64,000 bases of DNA from Candidatus Omnitrophota bacterium (lineage in GTDB: Bacteria; Omnitrophota; Gorgyraeia; Zapsychrales; Fredricksoniimonadaceae): the NCBI GenBank assembly GCA_903836515.1, contig CAILQW010000040.1:34207-98206 (forward strand), written 5' to 3'. Below, one piece after another: positions 39,882 to 49,683 of the stretch. Position 1 is the first letter of the stretch. Each line of letters begins with the position of its first letter. Position numbers and translations under genes: made by a program. The notes beneath the pieces are model-generated. The model saw only the letters and a program-made list of their open reading frames with translations. It had not been told where the DNA came from and ran no database searches.

Positions 39882-40787
39882 TTAAGACCCACCTGCCATA
39901 TTTTTCAACGGATTATTGTACATAAAATCAAGGAAGATCGGCGCGCCGACCAAGATACCAACTACTGGAAAAATACAAAAAAGGAGCGGCATTAACATCT
40001 TTAGCGGCGCCTTAAGGGCCATGGCCTCACCCCTGCGATAACGCGCCATACGCATGTCTTCGGAAAGAATGTTCAGGGCCTCACTTACAGACGTCCCCAT
40101 TTTATCAGCCTGGATCAAGGTCCTGGAAAATGTCGAAAGGTCGGGGATCTCGTACTTTTTCGCCAGATCGCGCAGGGCATCACGCCGCGGCTTACCTACG
40201 TTGATCTCCTGCAGGACGTTATTCATTTCGCTCAAAAGAAACGACGGACTTGATTTTTCGACCACCCACTTGAGCGCCATCATGAAGTCGAGCCCCGCAT
40301 TTACGCAAAGGCCCAACAGGTCCACCGTATCGGGTAACTGTTTAACAATGCTTTCCTTCGCCTTCTTGATCTTGCCGCGCAGCCAGAATTCCGGCAGAAA
40401 ATACGCCCCCCCGATCGATACCAGAAACCCAAACATCAACAGATCCTTGTTCAAAAAAGTAAAAGCTGTGTAAAAAAGAAAAATAAACAGGATTTCTTTG
40501 ATCAGCAGGAATTCTTCGGGAGAAATGCCTGTATGCGATACCGATATATTTTTCAGCATGTTCCGGCGCATGTCCTGGTTAATCAAGGGCTTGTTTAAAA
40601 CCGACATTCCCCGCAAAAAGGAAGAAACCAGGGATTTGCGCTCTGTCTTTTTTTTGGTCTGCTCGGAAGAAACGACCCCAAAATCATGCATTTTCAATGT
40701 CGGCCTGGCATCAAGGACATCCATCTTGACACCCATCACCACAAGCATCCCGCAGGCCACAATAAAAATAAACGCGATCGTCAGCAT
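39882..40787 (-). CDS. tadC: Flp pilus assembly inner-membrane platform protein TadC (GspF/T2SF family).
   Basis: 301 aa and multi-TM with the T2SF-like architecture. It lies immediately downstream of its paralog tadB (10-nt gap). Confidence 0.75.
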   Translation of the reverse strand: MLTIAFIFIVACGMLVVMGVKMDVLDARPTLKMHDFGVVSSEQTKKKTERKSLVSSFLRGMSVLNKPLINQDMRRNMLKNISVSHTGISPEEFLLIKEILFIFLFYTAFTFLNKDLLMFGFLVSIGGAYFLPEFWLRGKIKKAKESIVKQLPDTVDLLGLCVNAGLDFMMALKWVVEKSSPSFLLSEMNNVLQEINVGKPRRDALRDLAKKYEIPDLSTFSRTLIQADKMGTSVSEALNILSEDMRMARYRRGEAMALKAPLKMLMPLLFCIFPVVGILVGAPIFLDFMYNNPLKNMAGGS

Positions 40788-40796
40788 GGGATCCCC

Positions 40797-41654
40797 CTAA
40801 TCATTGAACGAACTGATCTTGATGATCAAAAATGTGCCCAGCAGCCACAGCCCGATAGAAACCATCATGAGCATCCGGCCAAGCTCGGTGGTGATCATGA
40901 CCTGAAAATATTTGGGATTGGTGGCATTGACCATAACAAAGAATGCCACCGGAAGACCGCTCATGACCGCCGCCTGCAATTTTCCCTGCACCGTCAATAC
41001 CATCAGATTTTCCTCAATTTTGCGCCGCTCGCGAATGGTCCCGACGATCCTTGAAAAAATAAGGGGAAGATTGCCGCCCGTTTCACGCGAAAGAAGGATG
41101 GCGCTGACCATCTGCTGCATGGCCGCGGAAGCCATTCTCTTGTACAAACGGTTCAACGCCTCATCAAAAGAGACACCCATTTTATTTTCACCCAGCACGA
41201 TCCCGAATTCATGACGGATGGGATCGGGCATTTCTTCAACCACCGCTTCCATGGACTGCACCAGGCTCATGCCGCCCCGCAGGGAACTGGACATGATCAT
41301 GAGCGCGTCAACAAGCTGGACATCAAATTGCTGTTTACGTTTTTTAAGAAGGCTCCCGGCATAAAGCCTGGGCAGGATCAGCCCTACCACGAATCCGCCC
41401 AAAAGCCCCGCGAAACGAAATTGCGTATCAGAAAAAAACATAAAACCCAGCACGGCGCAAATGAACGGGGCGATAATATACAAACGCTGGACAGCCTGGA
41501 TGTCTTCGGCGATCATGGAGCGGTCCATTTCGCGCGCAAAGTCCCTGGCGCGCTTCTGGTTCATTTCATGAACGCCTCTGACCGTGACAGGGATCACAAA
41601 ATAAACGCACAAGACCGCACATACAAAGATCAGGATAAAAATGACAGGAAGCAT
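40797..41654 (-). CDS. tadB: Flp pilus assembly inner-membrane platform protein TadB (GspF/T2SF family).
   Basis: 285 aa. An N-terminal TM precedes a cytoplasmic helical domain (ALMIMSSSLRGGMSLVQSMEAVVEEMPDP...GENKMGVSFDEALNRLYKRM) and C-terminal TMs. Confidence 0.75.
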   Translation of the reverse strand: MLPVIFILIFVCAVLCVYFVIPVTVRGVHEMNQKRARDFAREMDRSMIAEDIQAVQRLYIIAPFICAVLGFMFFSDTQFRFAGLLGGFVVGLILPRLYAGSLLKKRKQQFDVQLVDALMIMSSSLRGGMSLVQSMEAVVEEMPDPIRHEFGIVLGENKMGVSFDEALNRLYKRMASAAMQQMVSAILLSRETGGNLPLIFSRIVGTIRERRKIEENLMVLTVQGKLQAAVMSGLPVAFFVMVNATNPKYFQVMITTELGRMLMMVSIGLWLLGTFLIIKISSFND

Positions 41655-41669
41655 AGGATCATTTCTGGC

Positions 41670-42005
41670 TTATGGTTGGTTGCTGCAGGCTGCCTGACAG
41701 CCTGTCTTTACCCCGTCAACACACGCCCGATAGTCGGCCGCTCGCTTGCACGGCAGGACTGCGTTATTATAACAGGCCTGCGCGTACCACACATTCAATT
41801 GATCATCATACGCGCACTCAATGGTCGCATCGGGATTATACTGCCGTAAAAACCCGAAAGTCTCCGACACCTTGCGGTACTGCCCCTGCAATCCCCGCTG
41901 GATATAACTGCGAAAAGAAAAAACAACCGCCAATACAATAATGATCAGCACCACATACTCAAGCATGGCGAACGCTTTCTCTTGTTTCCAACAGGCCCCT
42001 GGCAT
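41670..42005 (-). CDS. Flp-type (class III signal peptide) pilin paralog with a Cys-rich C-terminal extension.
   Basis: Start taken at MMGAAMPGACWKQEKAFAMLEYVVLIIIVLAVVF. AFAMLEY fits the [GAS]-x4-E-[YF] Flp processing motif followed by a hydrophobic helix. The C-terminal half has 8 Cys (ECAYDD...QACYNNAVLPCKRAADYRACVDGVKTGCQAACSNQP). The longer ORF-track start at 42143 is rejected. Confidence 0.55.
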   Translation of the reverse strand: MPGACWKQEKAFAMLEYVVLIIIVLAVVFSFRSYIQRGLQGQYRKVSETFGFLRQYNPDATIECAYDDQLNVWYAQACYNNAVLPCKRAADYRACVDGVKTGCQAACSNQP

Positions 42006-42016
42006 AGCGGCTCCCA

Positions 42017-45000
42017 TCATTGGCTGCAGCATTCGGAACAACGACGAAATGTCATTTGCATCTTGTTGCCGGATATAAAATATCTGGCGCAGGTTTCCGA
42101 AACAACCCCCTTGCTCAACAAAGCCTCCGCCGCATTGTAACATTCGATCAACGGCCCTGGCATGGAAGACTCCAGGGGTAAATTGATCATGAAAGCTTCA
42201 TTCAGATTGTCCTGTGTCATGATGGCCGCGCTGGTATCTTCCAAACGGACATAACTGTTGGTCACATTCCCCGCGGCATCCCGTTCCGATTTACGGCTGT
42301 AATGGTTCTCGATGCAATTGCGGTAAATATCCGATACATTATAACCCACATCGGTATTCCTGTTGTGCGGATTACGGTAAAGAATTTGCCAGATAGGTAA
42401 TCCGCTTAACAACTTCAAAACCCCGCCCTGCGCTGGATCATGATCCTCGTCATATCGGATCACCCGGGTGCCCACACAACCATCCGCATCCGAAATCTCA
42501 TAACAACGCGTCATGCTCAAAATGCCTTCCGTATACGTTCTGATCCACGGGAATGTATTGGTACAGGTATTAAAACCCGCCCCTCCGTGTTTGGGGATAG
42601 CCGCTTCCACCTTGACCAGATGCAAATAACCCTTTCGCGTCGCCGCATTCGATGTGTTCCACGCGCCTGGCCGCGGGGAAAGCCAGCCATAAATGACCTG
42701 GTTGCCCAAATGAGGCGCCGCCGCGATCACGGCATCAATGGAATTGACCAGCCCGATGATCTGTTGGCCTTTACCCGCAATATCATCATGCGCTTTCTGC
42801 AACACAGGCAGAAAATCTTTCATGTGCTGGAGAAGATCTCTCAAATAAGCCGCACGGGCCTTCATTTTGATGCTTTGATTGACCGCCAACGTGGCACTGT
42901 TGGAAATTTTCTTGATGTAATCCGCTGAACACGTGCCCGCGGCAACGTTACGGCCCAAATCATTATTAGGATCAAATCCAGGAACAAGCGACCGGGGAAG
43001 ATCCTTGCACGCGGCCGCGGCAACACAGGCCGTTGGGTTGGCGCTCAAAGCGCCCGCACACGCCGCAAAAGCCTGATTCAAATTGCTGTTGTAATCCAGA
43101 CAACGCAGGACGCTGTCCACAGACCCCCAGGGCGATGGGGTCGCCAGGATATAATTCTTTTCTTTCGCGGTCATGGTGGTCAAGTCCGTCGGTAAACACC
43201 ACGCATTGGCATCTGTATACGGCCCCTTCAACCACGTGTTGATCTCATCGATCCAGCGCTGCATGCGCGCTTCCATCTTGCCCAGCTCCATCCCCTGGGC
43301 AATGACCGCAGCTTTCCAGGCCGCCACAGAATACGCCAATTGCGCCTGTGTGGCCGGATTTGTCGTCAATAACGGCGTTACCGTCTGCAAGAAATACGCC
43401 ATGCCGGTTGACATGGCATCAAAACCATCGTCATACCAGAGATCCTTGTGATCCACATTGGGACACATGCAATTGGCCGCAATAGCAGCCGGAGCACCCG
43501 CCGCATTGCAAACGCCAACGGGCTGGGATGAAGACCCCTGCTCCATTTTCACCGGATAAACAATATTGCTTGAGGGGTCCTGGAACGTATCCGAATAACG
43601 GTCAGCGCCCTTTTTCCATAACAGTTTCGTTCCTGCCTCTACCGCCGGATCCCGTGCACAGTCGCTATCTGCCACAGGCCTGAATGATTCAATGTCCGGG
43701 ACCACATCCAGTTTAAAATTGGAATAACTTAACGAACTGCTCACATTGTTATTGAAGGTATTCACACAACAATCTTCACCCACACAGGTTGGCAATGACA
43801 GCTGATCATATGCCGTCGTCCCCGCAGGACGGAAAAGGAGGCGTGTCGGGGTGGGCGGCGGTGAAAAAGGCGGCGTTGTCAGCGAACAGGGCGTGACGCG
43901 CTTGTCACACCAGTGACAACCCGGCGCTTCGGCACGCATGTCTGCGGCATTGATATCCTTTAACATCGGCGCCGTATCCGCCAACAGCCACAAGAACGGG
44001 AATATCTTGCCCGTGCTGTCCGCGCCGCGGAATATCGGCATCCAGGGATCCGGTATTTCCGCACCGGCAGAAAAATATTTTTTCTTGTTGGCATCATCCA
44101 TGCCCATCACGCTCAGGAAAGACGTGCTGACGTTCTTTTGAACATAAAGTGGATCATACGCATAACAAGCGGTCAACTGGTTCGCAGAAGGCGCACAGCC
44201 GGGAGCGCTCAAGCACTCCTGAGGTACCAACTCCGGCTTTTTAGGATCCAGGGAACAGGCCGCAGGCCGCATCGTCGGATCCGTACAACACGGATTGCAT
44301 TGCGGCCTTAACTGCGGACCAGTGCCCAGGTCAACATAACATACCGCCGGATTGCCGCCAGAAAGCCCCAGCGCATCCACAACGCCCTGTAACGTCTGGC
44401 GCAAGGTATCGATCGCCGTGGTGGGCGGTAACGGTATCCCCCGCATCCGGTCTGTGTAATAAAAGGCGAACCGCGAAACCTTGGCGGCAGGATCCCCCTT
44501 CTGAGGGTACTCCCGGATATACCAATGCGTGTTCCCATCAAGATCCCAACGGTCTGTCACCAGCACCGGATCCCCTGTTGCCAGATTCAAGGCGGTGCTG
44601 ATCCCGTTCTCCAGATACTTATCTTCAATGGTGGGCAGGTTCTTCTGCCATTTATTCCACATCTTTGTCAGGCCCGGCTGAACCACGGTTACCTGCAACA
44701 CAATGGCGGCAACGGCCAGTCCAATGGAAATAGCCGCCACCGTCCCTGCAGAAAGCCCCATGGCACTACCAGCGACCTCCCCAGCCCCAGGAATCACACA
44801 CGTAAGAACAACAATCGCCACCAAGGCAATGATGGCCGCCAAAACACCCGTAAACCCGCATTTTTTAGCTTCTCCACCCAACTGTGTCTGGATCAGATTC
44901 TCGCCATAACCAGCCATGAGCGAAACAAGCGCTGCCGCAGCACTGTTGGAGGCAATGGTCACCGTTGTCTTCGTTGACGCGATCCTGGACCAGTTGATGG

Positions 45001-45079
45001 TCACGGCGTACAAAACAAAGGCGACAGCAACCATCAGGATCACAACAAGGGACATTTGTCCTTTACGGGACAGTGGCAT
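42017..45079 (-). CDS. TadG-like pilus-associated protein, 1020 aa, with a very large Cys-rich extracellular domain (candidate tip adhesin).
   Basis: N-terminus GQMSLVVILMVAVAFVLYAV...SNSAAAALVSLMAGYG resembles the TadE/TadG N-terminal (Tad) domain. Additional TM/Gly-Ala helices follow, then ~800 aa with >40 Cys (e.g. CNPCCTDPTMRPAACSLDPKKPELVPQECLSAPGCAPSANQLTACYAYDP) ending in RRCSECCSQ. It is embedded in the tad operon. Confidence 0.55.
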   Translation of the reverse strand: MPLSRKGQMSLVVILMVAVAFVLYAVTINWSRIASTKTTVTIASNSAAAALVSLMAGYGENLIQTQLGGEAKKCGFTGVLAAIIALVAIVVLTCVIPGAGEVAGSAMGLSAGTVAAISIGLAVAAIVLQVTVVQPGLTKMWNKWQKNLPTIEDKYLENGISTALNLATGDPVLVTDRWDLDGNTHWYIREYPQKGDPAAKVSRFAFYYTDRMRGIPLPPTTAIDTLRQTLQGVVDALGLSGGNPAVCYVDLGTGPQLRPQCNPCCTDPTMRPAACSLDPKKPELVPQECLSAPGCAPSANQLTACYAYDPLYVQKNVSTSFLSVMGMDDANKKKYFSAGAEIPDPWMPIFRGADSTGKIFPFLWLLADTAPMLKDINAADMRAEAPGCHWCDKRVTPCSLTTPPFSPPPTPTRLLFRPAGTTAYDQLSLPTCVGEDCCVNTFNNNVSSSLSYSNFKLDVVPDIESFRPVADSDCARDPAVEAGTKLLWKKGADRYSDTFQDPSSNIVYPVKMEQGSSSQPVGVCNAAGAPAAIAANCMCPNVDHKDLWYDDGFDAMSTGMAYFLQTVTPLLTTNPATQAQLAYSVAAWKAAVIAQGMELGKMEARMQRWIDEINTWLKGPYTDANAWCLPTDLTTMTAKEKNYILATPSPWGSVDSVLRCLDYNSNLNQAFAACAGALSANPTACVAAAACKDLPRSLVPGFDPNNDLGRNVAAGTCSADYIKKISNSATLAVNQSIKMKARAAYLRDLLQHMKDFLPVLQKAHDDIAGKGQQIIGLVNSIDAVIAAAPHLGNQVIYGWLSPRPGAWNTSNAATRKGYLHLVKVEAAIPKHGGAGFNTCTNTFPWIRTYTEGILSMTRCYEISDADGCVGTRVIRYDEDHDPAQGGVLKLLSGLPIWQILYRNPHNRNTDVGYNVSDIYRNCIENHYSRKSERDAAGNVTNSYVRLEDTSAAIMTQDNLNEAFMINLPLESSMPGPLIECYNAAEALLSKGVVSETCARYFISGNKMQMTFRRCSECCSQ

Positions 45080-45093
45080 AGAAAAATCCTTGT

Positions 45094-45342
45094 TTATTTC
45101 TTATATAGCAATGTATCCATTGTCCGAACCTCGTGAAAATTCGGATTCACCTGCTGTTCTGTGGTCAAATTCTTGTTGCTCAAGATCGCATCATGATCAT
45201 ACCGCCGTTCCGCCATATCCATCATGCCCCAGCGAAAAACCTCGATCATGCCATAAACGATCAACGACAGGGCGATCATGCCTGCCGTAAATTCGAGGAT
45301 GCTCTGGGCTTTGTTTCTTTTATTAAAAAACACCATGCTCAT
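45094..45342 (-). CDS. TadE-like minor pseudopilin (82 aa).
   Basis: KRNKAQSILEFTAGMIALSLIVYGMIEVFRW matches the TadE-like N-terminal hydrophobic domain. Its start overlaps the upstream gene stop by 4 nt. Confidence 0.6.
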   Translation of the reverse strand: MSMVFFNKRNKAQSILEFTAGMIALSLIVYGMIEVFRWGMMDMAERRYDHDAILSNKNLTTEQQVNPNFHEVRTMDTLLYKK

Positions 45343-47129
45343 TTTGCCCCCAGGCTCTGCTGCCAGTCCTCATCGGTGGCCGTTACCCATTTGCGCCCGC
45401 GTTTGTCACTGATACGGCTTCGAATAAAAAGGGTCTTGGCATCCTTGTCAAAACATGTCTGCGCCGACCCCATGCAACAGCCGCCACCAATACCAATATA
45501 GGAATACCCCGTGGGCGTTGTCGCGGCGCCACCGCTGCATGACGTCTCGATGCTTTTATTCCTCGCCAGCAACGCGTCAGGATCGATCATGTTCACATTC
45601 AACTGCAAAATGCGCTCCACAACGTCATACTGGCTTTTTTTGACCGTGCTGATATTAAGCGGGGTCCCGTCCGATGAGTATTCCTTGCCCTCTCTCACAT
45701 CAAAATAAGTATACCCCCCGTCATTGGTCCGCGTATAGATCCGCATATCGGCGCGCATCCCCGGGCGCCGGTTAGGATCCACAAAATCCTCCGCACCCTT
45801 GGTCGTATCATAATCAGCAACAGCCGTATCCATGACGGACACAATGTAACCCTTGTACGCCCCGCACACCGTTGTCTTTCGGGGTGGCGTTTGCGCCGGA
45901 AAATTAGCTTCAATGAGAAGCCTGTTCAATTGCTGCAATTCCAGAACACTTAACACTTCTCCCGCCTTCAAACGATCAATGAACGCCGTGGTTGTGGCAG
46001 GCTGAACGGACATGGCTTGATACACGTTCGGGTCCACCAACAAACTGTTCAAGCGGTCGATCTCCGTTGCCCCGGCGGGAACCGTAATACCGCTGGCCTC
46101 AATAGCATCTATCAAGGCGGCCGGGGTCAGGGGCGCTGCAAATTCACTGATAGAAAAGATATACGGTGATTCCAGCTTTTCCAGATCATAAACCGTCTCT
46201 TCGGATAAATCACCATTGGTATCGTATGTTGGAAAATTCCCGTTATCCTTGTCGATCTTGCCGACCACCGTATCGATCGAATCCCACCGCCATTGCCACA
46301 TCGCATAATCATAATTGGGAAGGTCATCATCATAAAAGCCATTGCGCGTGTAATCAAACCGCCGCTGCGTATCCGCCGTCAGGCTGTAATCCGTATCATT
46401 GCTGACGATCGCCTGATAAAACGGCGGGTACCCGCCCTCGGGGTGATTGGTCCATTCATACACAAGCCGCTGACGCTGAACCTTGTTCTCAGCGCTGTTC
46501 AAATTGATAACACACGGGTCACCGGGACAGCTCTGCCGCCATCCGATCTTCCAGTTGATGTTCGGGTCCGTGGATGAGGAATTCAGGATCGGTGCCGGAC
46601 ATGCGCCCCCCTCAGGTTTATACATCATAATGACAACATCATCCGGGTTGGCATCTTCCAAACGCGCAGGAACGGCCGCCCCTTCTCTAAGAAGGATCTT
46701 GTAATGGACAAACGCGCTCGTGGTGAATTCAAACTCCTGCCCGTTCACCTTGACATCCATCATGGGCAGATCCTGGGGCTCGTTCCAGTCCACAGGCATG
46801 AAGACATTTTTGCTCAGCATGCCCGCCCCGGAAGCCGTGACCGGCTGGCGATCCTGGGATCCATAGCGACCGAAATCTCCATTCAAACGATCTTCGTAAT
46901 ATAAATATGAGGCACTGACCCGTGAATGTGTCCCGGCCTGAGACGACTGATAGGATTTCAGCATGGCGATGCGCATGGCCTGGAGCCGCGAGTTTTGCTG
47001 GAGAGAACCGGAAACGGCATTGAGAGCCATCCCCCCGATCAGGAAAAAAAGCACAGCGCCAAAAACCGCCAATTCAATGATGGATTGCGCGTTCTTTGAC
47101 GCCTTGACAGGGTCCTGATCGTTTTTCAT
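45339..47129 (-). CDS. Large (596 aa) TadE-like pseudopilin with an extended extracellular domain.
   Basis: The N-terminus KASKNAQSIIELAVFGAVLFFLIGGMALNAV is a TadE-type prepilin-like segment. It is followed by ~540 aa of W/Y/D/N-rich secreted-type sequence with 6+ Cys. Confidence 0.55.
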   Translation of the reverse strand: MKNDQDPVKASKNAQSIIELAVFGAVLFFLIGGMALNAVSGSLQQNSRLQAMRIAMLKSYQSSQAGTHSRVSASYLYYEDRLNGDFGRYGSQDRQPVTASGAGMLSKNVFMPVDWNEPQDLPMMDVKVNGQEFEFTTSAFVHYKILLREGAAVPARLEDANPDDVVIMMYKPEGGACPAPILNSSSTDPNINWKIGWRQSCPGDPCVINLNSAENKVQRQRLVYEWTNHPEGGYPPFYQAIVSNDTDYSLTADTQRRFDYTRNGFYDDDLPNYDYAMWQWRWDSIDTVVGKIDKDNGNFPTYDTNGDLSEETVYDLEKLESPYIFSISEFAAPLTPAALIDAIEASGITVPAGATEIDRLNSLLVDPNVYQAMSVQPATTTAFIDRLKAGEVLSVLELQQLNRLLIEANFPAQTPPRKTTVCGAYKGYIVSVMDTAVADYDTTKGAEDFVDPNRRPGMRADMRIYTRTNDGGYTYFDVREGKEYSSDGTPLNISTVKKSQYDVVERILQLNVNMIDPDALLARNKSIETSCSGGAATTPTGYSYIGIGGGCCMGSAQTCFDKDAKTLFIRSRISDKRGRKWVTATDEDWQQSLGAK

Positions 47130-47131
47130 GC

Positions 47132-47455
47132 CTACAGACCTGCGGGTTCCATTAATGTTGAACTTGTTTTTGCTTCAACAGAACTTGATGTGTCTTTCCT
47201 ATATGTAAAAGAACCATTGGAGCCGTTGACAATCCCCGGAACAACATAAAGTCGAGATTCGGATGTTGTGTCCGTCATATAATGTGTATTGCCATGAAAA
47301 CCCTGGGCATCATATTGCTCCCCGAGATCATCGACAGATTGTTTCCAGCGCCCCTGAAAACCACGCTTAATATAAACCTGCATGGTTAAAAAGGCGGCAA
47401 TAATGATCATGAGCAGGATCGAATACTCTAATAGACTTTGAGATTTCTTCATCAT
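47132..47455 (-). CDS. Flp-type pilin paralog.
   Basis: Start MMKKSQSLLEYSILLMIIIAAFLTMQVYIKRG. It has the [GAS]-x4-EY motif plus a hydrophobic helix and a Gly/Ser/Thr-rich tail. The ORF-track start at 47596 is rejected because it has no RBS and overlaps the upstream pilin gene. Confidence 0.7.
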   Translation of the reverse strand: MMKKSQSLLEYSILLMIIIAAFLTMQVYIKRGFQGRWKQSVDDLGEQYDAQGFHGNTHYMTDTTSESRLYVVPGIVNGSNGSFTYRKDTSSSVEAKTSSTLMEPAGL

Positions 47456-47456
47456 A

Positions 47457-47786
47457 TCAATCCTTGGTGAAACCCATATTGGTCTGCGAATTTGTGGACG
47501 TTTCCGTCCGCTCAAGAACCGCTGACGTGATCGTTCCGCCGTTATCGCCGCGCGTATTATCCACAGCGCCATGCGTTGACGTATTCGAAAATTCAAGATA
47601 GCCGCTGGTCCCGCTTGTCAGGTCCTGTTCAGCGTTCTTCTGATCGCCGATCTGATCTGCCGCCACCTTGATCATGCTCTGGGTTGTCCGCTTGACCCGC
47701 GGGAACATGTAAACAACCGCAGCCACCACCATGGATACCAGCAGGGCATATTCCATCAACGATTGCGCGCGGCGAGAAAAAAACAT
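47457..47786 (-). CDS. Flp-type pilin paralog.
   Basis: MFFSRRAQSLMEYALLVSMVVAAVVYMF... Confidence 0.7.
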   Translation of the reverse strand: MFFSRRAQSLMEYALLVSMVVAAVVYMFPRVKRTTQSMIKVAADQIGDQKNAEQDLTSGTSGYLEFSNTSTHGAVDNTRGDNGGTITSAVLERTETSTNSQTNMGFTKD

Positions 47787-47795
47787 GGCTCACCT

Positions 47796-48143
47796 CTACA
47801 TGGCATCCTTGGGCGCCAATTGTTCGCTGTTCGCATTAACACGGCGATCCGTGTTGATATCTTTTTGACGGCCAGCCGTTACTGTTTTTTCTTCTTCTTT
47901 AACACCGGCTTGTACGGCTGTAACAGAATTCACATAATATGGCTCATACTCAATCTGGACCGCATTACCGGATGCCCCTGCCGCCCGCATCACCATCAGC
48001 ATGTCAGCATCCCGGATACGCCCTTGAATAGTCCGGCGCACATACGTCGTCATGGTGATGATCGCGGCAATCACCACAAAAATCATAAGCACATATTCAG
48101 CGCTGATGCCCTGGGCTTTGGCAGTGCGGGAAATCTTCACCAT
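47796..48143 (-). CDS. Flp-type pilin paralog.
   Basis: MVKISRTAKAQGISAEYVLMIFVVIAAIITMTTYVRRTIQGR... Confidence 0.7.
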   Translation of the reverse strand: MVKISRTAKAQGISAEYVLMIFVVIAAIITMTTYVRRTIQGRIRDADMLMVMRAAGASGNAVQIEYEPYYVNSVTAVQAGVKEEEKTVTAGRQKDINTDRRVNANSEQLAPKDAM

Positions 48144-48213
48144 AAACTTCCCTTATTGAAAAATAAAACCAGGAAGGGCGCATGAAGACCCTTCCTGGTT
48201 CATCATTGACCCA

Positions 48214-48528
48214 TTAATTCCCCCAATACTCCCCATACGCATTCGTTCCGATCCTGCGGTATGAATTCGTGATCGTATCTGCCATCAAGTTGGTGCTGGC
48301 AACCCCCTGGACATTGTTGTCCCTGATCGAGGAATTCGTCGTCACAACTTTATAAAAATTGGCAGCCTTCGCATCCGAATACTGATCACCGATATCATCC
48401 GTCGCACTTTGTAAACGGCCCTGTATACCACGTTTGATATAAGTCTGCAAGGTCAGCAGCGCGGCGATGATAATGACCATCAAAATCGCATATTCCAGCA
48501 CGCTCTGACCGCTTTTTGTTTTTAACAT
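48214..48528 (-). CDS. Flp-type pilin paralog.
   Basis: Start MLKTKSGQSVLEYAILMVIIIAALLTLQTYIKRGIQGR. The ORF-track start at 48666 is rejected. Confidence 0.7.
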   Translation of the reverse strand: MLKTKSGQSVLEYAILMVIIIAALLTLQTYIKRGIQGRLQSATDDIGDQYSDAKAANFYKVVTTNSSIRDNNVQGVASTNLMADTITNSYRRIGTNAYGEYWGN

Positions 48529-48547
48529 AATAAATACCTTCCTTTCA

Positions 48548-48925
48548 TTAGTAACCACTGGCGGCTTCACCACTGAGCGCGCTATTGGATGCACTAACAG
48601 TATTCTTGTTGTAATTTGTCGTATCGACATAGCCCGCGGCCCTCTTGGTGCTGATGGTCGTATCAAGCTGTTGGTCTATGGTCTGCTCTTTCTTTGAGCC
48701 TTTGTCTGTCTGTGCGCTTGTATTGGTATAATACGGCTCATACTGCAGGGTATTGCCGATCTCCGTGGTGCTGTCACGGAACATCACGCTCGCATCACGC
48801 AAGCGGCCCTGCAACGTGCGCTGAGCATACGTCTGCATGGCGATAACACCGCCAACAACCAACGCGATCAAAATCGCATATTCGGCGGTATTTTGAGCCT
48901 TTTTGTTTTTAAATAATTTTAACAT
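48548..48925 (-). CDS. Flp-type pilin paralog.
   Basis: Start MLKLFKNKKAQNTAEYAILIALVVGGVIAMQTYAQRTLQGR. Confidence 0.7.
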   Translation of the reverse strand: MLKLFKNKKAQNTAEYAILIALVVGGVIAMQTYAQRTLQGRLRDASVMFRDSTTEIGNTLQYEPYYTNTSAQTDKGSKKEQTIDQQLDTTISTKRAAGYVDTTNYNKNTVSASNSALSGEAASGY

Positions 48926-49006
48926 TCTGTCCTCCTCCAATTAAAACTTTTAAGATCATCGTAAACACGATAAAATGCCTTTTAACTTCAGAACGACCGC
49001 ACACTC

Positions 49007-49195
49007 TTAATGCGAATTTGACAAACGATCCGAGAATTTAGCCATTGTATCAACACCGTCTCCCAGTGTCGCATTCAATGTCTTGCGAAACGGCGAATCC
49101 GGTTTTACAACAAGACCAATAATAATGACGATAACCGCGGTGACCAAAAGCACATATTCCAGCGTGCTTTGACCCTTTCGATGACATCTTGACAT
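49007..49195 (-). CDS. Flp-type pilin paralog (62 aa).
   Basis: MSRCHRKGQSTLEYVLLVTAVIVIIIGLVV... GAGGAGG RBS lies 5-6 nt upstream. Confidence 0.7.
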   Translation of the reverse strand: MSRCHRKGQSTLEYVLLVTAVIVIIIGLVVKPDSPFRKTLNATLGDGVDTMAKFSDRLSNSH

Positions 49196-49220
49196 AGTAT
49201 CCTCCTCATTATAAGAACGC

Positions 49221-49379
49221 TTATTCTGCCTTGAATTCCTCGGTCATTTCTTTTTGCTTCGACTGGACAGCACGATACACATAAGTACTCATCGCAACAG
49301 CTGCTGCCGAGATGATGGCAACGACAAGGGCGTATTCCACCACGTTTTGACCTTTGTTACGAAACTTCAATAACCCCAT
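49221..49379 (-). CDS. Flp-type pilin (52 aa); below the ORF-track length cut-off.
   Basis: The reverse-strand translation reads MGLLKFRNKGQNVVEYALVVAIISAAAVAMSTYVYRAVQSKQKEMTEEFKAE. AAGGA lies 7 nt upstream of the ATG (complement of 49377-49379). It is first in the pilin array and nearest the upstream promoter region, so it is a candidate major pilin. Confidence 0.65.
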   Translation of the reverse strand: MGLLKFRNKGQNVVEYALVVAIISAAAVAMSTYVYRAVQSKQKEMTEEFKAE

Positions 49380-49683
49380 CGCTGTTCCTTATGTATTTTA
49401 AAGAAACGCCGCCCGGGACCCTGTGAAAAAATATAATATCAGGGTGGGAATTCATCCCGAGCCTCTATGTTGACTGTGGTCACCCACGTCAACCCGGTCC
49501 AGTCCATGCCATCCCCTGGTTCCGGTGATATTCCGTTATAAAAACGGAACTATGAGACCTCCTGTGTAAGCATTTTTAAGCACACGCAAAATCTGTAAGA
49601 GTATAACATGTATAAAGATGCTGTCAATGTTAGGTCCAGGGGTTTTAATGCATATTTCCATGGATGAGGGGCAAAGAATAGGC

